Positions 29,638 through 39,700 of a DNA stretch of 64,000 bases are shown in pieces. A model generated the notes under the pieces. That model made no database searches. It worked only from the letters and a program-made list of their open reading frames with translations, and had not been told where the DNA came from. A program made the translations under genes and the position numbers. This stretch comes from Vulcanococcus sp. (GTDB taxonomy: Bacteria; Cyanobacteriota; Cyanobacteriia; PCC-6307; Cyanobiaceae): NCBI RefSeq assembly GCF_049418265.1, contig NZ_JBMSIW010000001.1, one strand, 5' to 3'. Position 1 is the stretch's first letter. Every line of letters begins with the position of its first letter.

Positions 29638-32600
29638 TCAGCCCTTCTGAGGCATCAGTCCCAGCTGCACCTGGCAGTTGAGGAGTTCACTGACCATCAG
29701 GGCATCAGCCATGGCCTGATCAATGTCTTGCGCCAGCAGTAGCGATTGCTTCAACTGCTGCAGTTGGATTCGCTTGTGAGGGTTGGCTGGCGGATCGCGC
29801 TGCCATGCCAGGTGATCCAGCCAGCTGCCCCAATTCAGGTCCTCCTCCTGGTGGTCCAGGACGCGTTCGAGCATGCGGCTCACATCAGCCAGTAGTGCGC
29901 CTGGATGGCTACTGCTGCAGATCAACTGCCACAGAGAGGCCTGCTGATCCAGCTCACGGGTGACCAATAAGGTGTTCGGCGCATGGATCTGATTGGCCTG
30001 CAGGCTGATGCGGCCGTGCTCGATCAACAGCTGAAGTGGCATCGGAGTACCTCTAACGGGGTAAAGCCGCAGATGCCATGCAGCTTTCAGCTCGGGATTA
30101 CGCCGCTGCAGCTGAATCGCTCGGCCGAGCTTCGATTTGAGCAGCAGGGAGCGAAGACCACGCTCACCACCGGCGGGCATCGTCATCATCGTGATCACGA
30201 GGCCCGCCAGGCTCGCTGGATGCTGAAAAAACTCGAGCAGATTCCGTAGCAGGCTGCGGAAGTCATCGGGCTGCTGAGTTTCCATTCGCCGCCTCTGCTG
30301 CCAGGTGTCCATGGCTTCGCGTCCCTGCTCGTCAGGCTCCTTGCCTTGCTGCAGGCGTCCGCGCTTCAGCGCTGACTCGCTCAGAGGAACTTCGGTTTCA
30401 TCCGTCGGTGCTGCCGGGTGCCCTGCCGCTGTCACGGTTAGAAGCAGTGGTTGGTCGTTGCCCCGAAGGTCAGCACCCACTCTTCCGACGTCCAGGGTCG
30501 GAACTTGTGCTGTGCGTGTCTCTGGCCCAGACGGTCCTGATGGATCGAGCTGCAGAGCACTGGCTGATTCGCCGCGCAGCGATGGGCTCTGCGATGGGCT
30601 CGTCTCGACGCCGATGCGAATGCCGACACCGCGGACCCTGTTGGCTTTCTCCTGTCCCTCGCGAATCAATCGATCAATCAGTGTCTGAGCGCTGAGCGAC
30701 TTGATTTCCAGTTGCCGTGCTGCATCGCTGCCATCGGCCATGGCGAGTCCCAGTCCACCCGCTGACTCCTCATTGAGCATCAGATCCAGGCGGATCGGAG
30801 CCGATGGATCCGTGAGCTCAAAATCAAGGACAAGAAACGTCTCGGCTGGCTGGTCACCAAGCGCCTCACCCAGGCCGAGTTCCGGCAGGCTGGCAGCGCT
30901 GAAGCGCAGGCGGTTCTCGTTAAGACGGCTTGGATCGACCTGCCGAAACAGAGGGAAGACCGCAGTGATCGATTCGTCGAGGGGGCGATCGGCTGGCTGT
31001 CTCAGCTGCAGACCTGTCCAGTGCAGATCCAGATCAAGCCCGATCACCCCTGGGTTGAGGCTGCTCTGCCGCTGATCAGTCAGTTCCACACGCATGGACA
31101 GCTGAGTACCAGCGGGCAGGGTCCCAAGTTGCTCCGTCCTGATCCGCTCGCCGCTCCCTGAGAGATAGAGGCGGGGTTCAATGCTGAGCAGGTTGTCCTC
31201 ACCGCGGCTCTGCTTCGTGCCACCCTTCTGGTCAGCTGTGATGACATCGAGGTTGAGTTGATAAAGGCTGATCGCACCACTGCGATCCGTTGCAGTCAGG
31301 GTCAGTCGGTGTAAGCCTTGGTCGCGTTCTCCTGGTGAAAATCTCAGTTCGCCGGTGTCAGGATCAAAAACTAGGTTGCTCTCGCGGTTTTTCTGCAGGC
31401 CGAAACTGAGTTTGTCGCTATGAATCTGATCGAGATCTCCAAATAGATCCCTGGCCTGCAGCCATACATCGCTGTTGATGAGGATGCGGCGCTCATCAAA
31501 CGCCCCATCCAGGTAGAAGGGGGCTTGGTTGCTGTTCTCAACCTGCAGCAAGAAACGCTTCTCTGCTAGGGCTCCAGCTTGATCAATCGCCTGCAGTCGG
31601 ATGCGATGCTCGCCCACTGAATCGTTATCTGTGCTACCGCTAAGTCTGTTTCGCTGTGGATCAACTTCAAGCCAGTCTGGAGCCTCCACCTCAAACCGGA
31701 GCTGGTCGCCAATCAAGATGTCGTCGTCCTGAAAAAGCACCCCAAAATCCAACTGGAATCTATCCCCTTCCTGCAGGATGATCTGCTCCAGCTCTGGACC
31801 AATCCGATATGGACTGCGGTTGAAATCCCTATCTACTACTTTGAGTCGCAATGGCACAGCTGCTGACTCACCGGCAAGATCGGTAGCGACCAGTTTGATG
31901 TTGAGCAGTTGTGTTTCGCCTGCTGGAATCAGGCCGCTAATCGTCCCGCTCTCTGCATCGATTGTCAGCAGCGAAGCAAGCTGCTCAGCATTCTGCAGAT
32001 CCAAGCTGTAGCTCAGCTGATCTCCGGCATCCACATCGCTGATGCTTTGCTCCGGCAGCCTGATTTCGAATGGACGGTCCTGCCGGACCCAGATCTCTGG
32101 GAGAGGTTTCCCATTCCAGAGCGGCGCATCGTTGGTGTTGATCACCACCAGCTTCACGGTCTGCTGTGTGGTCGCTCCACTCTGATCCTGTGCTTCCACG
32201 CCGATCTGCCAGTGGCCCACCTCGCTATTGCTTGCCTGCCCACTGAGCAAGCCGCTTCGTTCATCCAGCACCATCCATTCCGGTGCTCCTCTGCTCAGCT
32301 GATAAGTCAGGCTGTCGCCGACGCTGACATCGTCATCCTGGAAGGCATCGGCCAGATTGATCGTGAATGCTTCGTCTTCCAGGATCTCGATCGGGTCGAT
32401 TGCAATGGCCTTGGGGGAGTCATTGACATTGAGAACGTTGAGAAGCAGCGTCTGCTCCCACGCCCGACCTGAGTTGTCGATGGCTTGCAGCAGCAGTCTG
32501 TGCTCTCCCACCTGTGCTTGCTGGGCAAGGCCGAACAGCACGGGAATGGGTCGGCTCTGGCTGTCGACGACCACCACCTGCTCGGCAGAGAGGGTGGCGT

Positions 32601-33471
32601 TGCCGCGTGCGGGATAGTTGCGGGGAATGATCGTGAGATCGGGCCCTTCTTCCCCATTCGTGAGCAGTCGATAGTTGAGCTGAGCAAAGCTTTCTCGCCA
32701 GCTGTCGCCCAGAATTTCACCGTTACCACTGCTGGGCAGGCTTGCGGCCACCAGACCACTGAGGCTTCCTGCTGCTGCATCGAGGTTGCCCGTATCACGG
32801 AACAGCGGCAGTGATGGTGTGAGGTTGATCTGCTCCAGCTCCATGGCATCGGACTTCCAGAGCAGATCCAGCTCCAGGCCGATCAGTCCCAGGCCGTCAT
32901 GGCGCGTGTCAGTGACCAGCACATCCAGCTGCACGCCATCGCCTGAGGGATCTTGGAACCGGCCTTCAATCACCACCTTCTCCGCCAAGGTGGCGTCGGG
33001 TAATCGCCACTCGTAACTCAGCCAGTCGACGGGCTGACCGTCCTCCTGATTCAGGATCTGGATCTGCTTCAGGTTCTGCGCTTCTGGCACCAGGCTCTGA
33101 AGCTCAAGGCTGAAGGGGCGATCTTCAAGCACCACTCGCTGTTGCAGAGCTAGCGGCTGATGGGTCAGAAACGCGTCCTGGCCAATGGCTGACTGCAGAA
33201 GGGGTGGGTTGCTGACCTCCGTGGGACCTGTCAGTTGATCCGGGACGGTTGTTGTTGTGATCTCTCCTCCAAGGGCCGCGATCGCTGTATCCAGCTGATC
33301 GAACCGCTCTGGTGATGGGATCGGAGGTGTGCTGTCTAGAACTCCCAGCGTGTTCATCACATCGCTGGCTGTCTCAATGGGCTCGCTCAGAGGTGATGTC
33401 AATGGCTCCTGCAGGTCGACAGAGGCGCTGAAGTTGCCGTCGGTCTGCAGAGGATCGCCTGTGATTGCCAT
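29638..33471 (-). CDS. 1277-aa surface/scaffold protein: five cadherin-like (CADG/He_PIG) repeats, two cohesin-like domains, hydrophobic segment and C-terminal domain
   Basis: Repeat ends NVNDSP, NTNDAP, FNRSP, NSNQAP; DxDxGDxL and A.D..GA motifs; duplicated IGL(E/D)LDL.W..PLFR..AASLP..G.GE.LG module. Confidence 0.8.
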   Translation of the reverse strand: MAITGDPLQTDGNFSASVDLQEPLTSPLSEPIETASDVMNTLGVLDSTPPIPSPERFDQLDTAIAALGGEITTTTVPDQLTGPTEVSNPPLLQSAIGQDAFLTHQPLALQQRVVLEDRPFSLELQSLVPEAQNLKQIQILNQEDGQPVDWLSYEWRLPDATLAEKVVIEGRFQDPSGDGVQLDVLVTDTRHDGLGLIGLELDLLWKSDAMELEQINLTPSLPLFRDTGNLDAAAGSLSGLVAASLPSSGNGEILGDSWRESFAQLNYRLLTNGEEGPDLTIIPRNYPARGNATLSAEQVVVVDSQSRPIPVLFGLAQQAQVGEHRLLLQAIDNSGRAWEQTLLLNVLNVNDSPKAIAIDPIEILEDEAFTINLADAFQDDDVSVGDSLTYQLSRGAPEWMVLDERSGLLSGQASNSEVGHWQIGVEAQDQSGATTQQTVKLVVINTNDAPLWNGKPLPEIWVRQDRPFEIRLPEQSISDVDAGDQLSYSLDLQNAEQLASLLTIDAESGTISGLIPAGETQLLNIKLVATDLAGESAAVPLRLKVVDRDFNRSPYRIGPELEQIILQEGDRFQLDFGVLFQDDDILIGDQLRFEVEAPDWLEVDPQRNRLSGSTDNDSVGEHRIRLQAIDQAGALAEKRFLLQVENSNQAPFYLDGAFDERRILINSDVWLQARDLFGDLDQIHSDKLSFGLQKNRESNLVFDPDTGELRFSPGERDQGLHRLTLTATDRSGAISLYQLNLDVITADQKGGTKQSRGEDNLLSIEPRLYLSGSGERIRTEQLGTLPAGTQLSMRVELTDQRQSSLNPGVIGLDLDLHWTGLQLRQPADRPLDESITAVFPLFRQVDPSRLNENRLRFSAASLPELGLGEALGDQPAETFLVLDFELTDPSAPIRLDLMLNEESAGGLGLAMADGSDAARQLEIKSLSAQTLIDRLIREGQEKANRVRGVGIRIGVETSPSQSPSLRGESASALQLDPSGPSGPETRTAQVPTLDVGRVGADLRGNDQPLLLTVTAAGHPAAPTDETEVPLSESALKRGRLQQGKEPDEQGREAMDTWQQRRRMETQQPDDFRSLLRNLLEFFQHPASLAGLVITMMTMPAGGERGLRSLLLKSKLGRAIQLQRRNPELKAAWHLRLYPVRGTPMPLQLLIEHGRISLQANQIHAPNTLLVTRELDQQASLWQLICSSSHPGALLADVSRMLERVLDHQEEDLNWGSWLDHLAWQRDPPANPHKRIQLQQLKQSLLLAQDIDQAMADALMVSELLNCQVQLGLMPQKG

Positions 33472-33737
33472 AGACCAACCAAGACCTCAGCCATGGTGAT
33501 CAGCTGTTTTGTGAATGGCCTGGCTTAGGGATTGGAACGTCGCTTTGGGGACAAGCCTGCGTTTTCTGCTGCTTCTGTGCGCAGGTTTGTCCGATTTGCG
33601 CGGTTCTGGCGTTCTGATCAAGAAGGTCGCTGATTAGCTCGTCATGGTTGTGGCGGTCATAGCTAGCCAGGCCTCAGGTTTCGCAGGCCTCCCTTGGCTA
33701 TGTCACTTCCTCCTGTGCACTTCCTCGGACGCAGTTC

Positions 33738-36700
33738 ATGGCCAGTTCCTTCCACGTTAATTACGCCGACTTACAACGGATTCTTGAGAACATCAAGATT
33801 GCCGAGCGCGAATCCGCTGGTGAAAACCTGCTCGACATCATCACAGAGGTGGCCACTGGCTCCCCGGCGATCACGGGAACAACCTTTGTCAATGCGGCGA
33901 ATCTTCCCCTGGGCCTGCGCCATGTCGATGGCAGCTACAACCAGCTGATTGCTGGATCGCCAGACGGGGTTCTCACGGGCGCGGCTGATCAATCATTTGC
34001 TCGCCTGGTTGATCCCAGCTACATCAGCGGGACAGGAAGCCCCAGCCTGGATCTCAATCCTGATCCCGCCAGTTTGCTTGAGGTCAAGAACACCAGCTAT
34101 GACCCCGGGACTCCGAACCCTCAGAACGATCTAGGGATTCATCCCAACAGTGTTGTTGATGCGTCTGTTCGCACCATTTCGAACCTGATCGTTGATCAGA
34201 CCATCAGCAACCCTGCTGCCATCGCATCCGCCCTGCGTTTGGCGGGTCACGAGGATCCTGATCGCCAGGCGCTCATCCTGCATGAGCAGGCGCGTCTGCT
34301 CCTTGATCCTTTGGCTGCCGAGGAGGACCAGGCTGATGCGCGAACGGCATTCATGAATGCCCTGGCGGAATCCGGTGTCACGATCACGTCGGATGGCTCC
34401 ATTGTTGTCGAGCATCGCAGCGCTGATATCGGCCTTTCGCCGGGCAACAGCAGCTGGATGACGATCTTTGGTCAGTTCTTCGACCACGGACTTGACCTGC
34501 TTGCCAAGGGTGGCCAGGGAACGGTGTACATCCCGCTTCAACCTGATGACCCTTTGTATGTGGAGGGCAGCTCTTCCAATTTCATGGCTCTCACTCGAGC
34601 CGCTGGCAACCCTGGCACGAATCTGATTACACCCTGGATTGATCAGAACCAGACCTATACCTCCCATCCCTCGCATCAGGTCTTCCTCAGGGAGTATCAG
34701 CGCATTGATCGTGACACCGGTGCTCTGCTTGATCCTGGTTCTGATGAGTGGCAGAAAGGTCTCACCGTGGCCACAGGCCGCTTGCTGAACGGTGCGCAAG
34801 GTGGTGTTGCGACTTGGGCTGACGTGAAGGCCCAGGCCCTCACCTACCTCGGCATTGCTCTGGATGATCGGGATGTGCTCAAGATCCCCCAGGTTCTGAC
34901 CGATCCTTACGGTCGCTTCATTGCGGGCCAGAACGGCTATGCCCAGTTACTCGCTGTGGATCCACAGGGCCAGCCGATCACGGTGGAGGGCACTGCTGAA
35001 GGTGTGATTCCATCTGAGCTCAATGTGAGCCGGATTGCCCAAGCTTTCCTGGATGACATCAACCGGGCCGCTGTTCCCGTGATCGTTGATGGACAGCTGC
35101 TGCAGGATGCCGACATGGCTGTTGGCCTCTCTGACGCGGTGCCGGATGGTCGGGGTGGCTTTACCACGTACGACAACGAACTACTGGATGCTCACTATGT
35201 GACCGGCGATGGTCGTGGCAACGAAAACATCGCCCTCACGGCCATCCATAGTGTTTTTCATGGCGAGCATAACCGTGTGCTTGAGGCCAACAAGCTCACG
35301 ATTCTGCGCAGCGGTGACCTGGAGGGTATCAACGAGTGGTTGCGTAGACCCCTCGCTGATGATGTTGCTCTCCCGTCCTCTCAGGCCAGTGATGCTGATC
35401 TGACTGCTTTCGCGGCTGGGCTGCAGTGGGATGGTGAACGCCTATTCCAGGCGGCAAAATTCTCTACCGAGATGCAGTATCAGCATATCGTCTTTGAGGA
35501 ATTCGCTCGTCGGATCCAGCCAAATATCGCTCCATTCGTGTTTACTAACTCGGCAGATCTTGATGCTCGTATTGTTGCCGAGTTCGCCCATGCGGTCTAC
35601 CGCTTTGGTCACTCCCAGCTGGGTGATGGAGTCGCCAGATTGGAAGCGGATCTGGCTTCTAGAGATCTGGGCCTGATTCAATCCTTTCTCAACCCGCTGG
35701 AGTTTGCCAATAGCGGCCTCGATGCCGAGGCGGCTACAGGTGCCATTGCCCGCGGGATCACGCGTGTGGTGGATCAAGAGATCGACGAGTTCATTGTCGA
35801 AGCGCTGCGCAACAACCTGCTAGGGGCGCCGCTTGACTTGGCCAGTCTCAACTTGGCCCGCGGACGTGAACTGGGGATCCCGTCACTCAATCAGACCCGG
35901 GCTCAGCTCTATGCGATGACCGGGGCTGTTCAGCTCAAGCCCTACACCGGTTGGACGGTTGATCCAAATCAAGCTGATTCCCATGGTTTCTTCCAACATC
36001 TGAAGAATCCGATGTCGGTGGTGAATCTCATCGCTGCCTACGGCACACACCACACCATCACAGAGGCTACAAGCGTTGAGGCCAAGCGTCGCGCTGCGAT
36101 GTTGATTGTCTTCAACACGCCGTTTGATGGTCAAGAGCCGCCCGCTGATTCTCTGGACTTCCTGAGGGGTACGGGTGCGTATGCCGACCAGGAGACCGGC
36201 ATCAATGATGTGGACCTTTGGATCGGGGGTCTGGCAGAGCAGGTGAATGAATTCGGCGGCCAGCTGGGAGAAACCTTCAACGCAGTCTTCCAATACCAGA
36301 TGGAGCAGCTGCAGAACGGAGACCGCTTCTATTACCTGAGTCGTACACAGGGGATGAACCTGCTGACCCAGTTGGAGGCCACAACCTTCTCCGATCTGGT
36401 GATGCGGAACTCGGATCTTGGCGATCCGCATGCGACTCACCTGTCTGCGCACATCATGGGTGTGCCGGATCTCATTTTAGAGCTCGATCTCAATACGGCT
36501 CAAGCCAATTACAGCGGTGATCAAGAGCTTGATGCTTTGGTTGGAAGCGAAAATACAGCTGAGCAACGGGGCTCTCTAGACCCCACGGCATCCACGCTCT
36601 TCGATTTCCTCCTGGGGGGTGCGGCCACGAGCAAAGTTATTCGTCAGTACGGATCTTTAGATCTTGACGGTAACGGTTTTGTGGATGGCAACGTCTTGCG

Positions 36701-39700
36701 CTTCACCGGCGGTGAACATGTTGTTCTGGGCGGAACAGAGGGGAATGATGCCATCTATGGCGACAAGGGCATCGATACGCTATGGGGCGATGGCGGTGAT
36801 GACTATCTCAATGCCGGCATGGAGTCTGATCAGGTCTTTGGTGGCGACGGCGATGACATTATTATTGATCCCTTCGGTGATGATTTTCTCCGTGGTGAAA
36901 ATGGAGATGACGTAATCGTCAATGGTGCTGGCCTTGACGTTGATTTTGGCGGTGCGGGTCAAGACGCGATGTTTGCCGTCGTTGATAGCACTGAAATGTT
37001 TGCCGGTGAGGATAACGACTTTATGCGTGGCGGCTCAGCTCCTGATCTCATGATGGGAGGTGAGGGCGACGACTGGATGGAGGGTGGCGAAGGCTTTGAT
37101 TACATGGCCGGCGAAAATTCGGAGCTGTTCTTTGACAGCCCAATTGTCGGTCATGACATTATGAATGGCCAGGGAAACGATACTGATTACGACGGTGAAA
37201 ATGGAGATGACATTATGGTTCAGGGCGTGGGCATTCAGCGAAATAATGGCATGAATGGCTTTGACTGGGCTATTCATAAGGGCGACCCTGTTGCGGCTGA
37301 TACGGACCTCACGCCGCAGATCCCCGGTCTGGTTGAAATCCCAGATGCTGCCTTGGCGGTGATACTGCGCGATCGTTTTGATTCCGTTGAAGGCTTATCG
37401 GGCTGGAAGTATGACGATCATTTGAGGGGATCTGTTCGTTCCATTGGCCAGAATCCTTGGTTCCAGAACCAGCTCACACAGGCTGGTGTTGACAGGATTC
37501 GTGGCCTGCGTGCTGTGCTTGGCGGTGAAGACCTCGTGGATCCGGATGCGGTTGCCTTCGGTGACCTCAACATCGACGGAAATTCAGACAGTCAGATCTT
37601 CCTCGGCGGAGACGGCAGTGACACCATCATGGGTGGAGTTGGCGATGATCTCATCGATGGCGATGCCTGGCTGAATGTTCGCATCGAAGGGACTCGTAAA
37701 GACGGTTCTTATTTTACGGTCGACAGCCTTAGTGATTTGTTTGTTGATCTCGTTTCGGGGGCCATTGATCCGGGGGAGATGCATGCTGTGCGTGAGATTC
37801 TGTATGACGATCGTGCTGATGGCTCTAACCCCGATGATGTCAATCTCGATGTTGCTGTCTTCCAGGACCTGAGGGAGAACTACGACATTACTTTCGAAGT
37901 CGACGGTTCTGTCACTGTGTCGCATCTGATCGTTTCAGACGGCCTGCAGAGTGACGGGATGGATCGGCTTCGCAATATTGAGGTTGCACGTTTCGCCGAC
38001 CAAGATCTACGGCTGGTTAATGATCCGCCAGTCTCTTCGGATCTGCTGGCAACCACGGAGCTCTCAACAACGGGCCTTTTTGGTTTCTTCGGTGCCGCCA
38101 ATCGCGTTGGCCTTGGCGCTCCTGCCCTCTTTGACGCGAATAACGTCACACCTGATAATCCGCGAGGGCTTGTTGATCCAAGCTCGGTTTCTGTTTCCTT
38201 CTTTGATGCCGCTGATTCTGCCACTGCGCTACCGCTCTCGGCGGCTGGTGAGCTGGTGTTGGCCGCCACGCCCGGTCGGCAGCTGTCGATGACAGCCAGC
38301 TACCTCGATGCCGCTGGTTTTGCGAACACCTTTCAAACTCCCGTCTTTAATGCGATTGTCGGTACAGCTTCCGCCAATACGCTGACGGGTACGGCTGGTC
38401 AGGATTACATCTTTGGTGGTGCCGGAGCTGACGTTCTGCTCGGCAATGGAGGTGATGACTATCTCTCTGGTGGCGTGGGCTCTGACCTTCTCAATGGTGG
38501 TGATGGTGTTGACGTTGCCAACTTTGCCGGGGTGGCCACCAGTCTGGGGAATGCATCCAACCCTCCAGCGCAGACGGTCGTGGATGCCCGGTTTGGACTG
38601 AATGGTGTCAACCTCACGGTCTCAACTCTGACCGGCGGTCTTGACACCCTCGTGTCGATTGAACGCCTGCGCTTCAGCGATGGCATCTTTGATCTTGTCG
38701 CTGGTGCCACCAGCTCTGCTGATGCACTCATTTACAGCGGTGATCAGCGCGCGTTGCTGTTTGGTGGTGGTGGCGATGACAACCTGCGCGGCGGCGTTGA
38801 TGACGACGTCTTCACCTACACCGCAGCCGGCTCGACCCTTCAGAACGCCATTAGCGGTGGCGGCCGTGATTTTGTTCATGGTGGTGCCAACCGTGAGCTT
38901 GGTGATCGCCTGGTGATTCATGGCGATAACACCACTGAGTCGTTCCGCGTGATTGCCGTGGCAGGGGATGCCAATGTCTCACGTCGCACTGAGCTTTCGG
39001 CTGCAGGCTTTGCTGCCATCGCTGAAACGACCGAGATCGTGATTCTCAGGGGTACCGGTGCTCTCGCTGCGGATGCACCACTGACGACCGGCAACTTTGC
39101 AATCATCGCCGAAGTGGCAGCGATTGAAGAACTCACAATCAATGTGAGTGGCGCTGGTGGAACCGGTACACAACGTGTCCAGGTTATTGGTGATTTTAAT
39201 CCCACCAGCCTTCGTACCAACACCATCACCGTCAGCAGTGATGGCGCTGGTGTTGATGTTGATGTGACCAGTCTTGAATCCGATCACCGTGTTGTGCTTG
39301 ATGCCGGCACGATCCTCGGTCAGCGCCCTCAGGACCTTGTTCAGGCCATTGCAGATGAATCCATGACAGCTAATTCGATGACTTCCGATCCCATGAATCC
39401 TGCAGAGGCCAATGACAACGCAGGTGGCAATGTGTTGGCGCCCCTGACTTTGAGAGACGCCCAGGATCTTCTTGACCTGGTGCGTGGGATTGCACCAAAT
39501 CGCCTCGATCCAGAGAATGCCGATGCGGTTGGTGTTCGTGACCTGGCTGGCGCTGAGAACAATCGCGCCAATGCCACTTTTGGCGCAGCAAACGAACCGT
39601 TCATCCGTCTCACCGAAGCGCGATTCGGCGCTGTTGACCCCGACTCTGGCACCGCTGAGATCAACCCGATCTTCGCTGGGCTCGACCCCCGCCAGATTTC

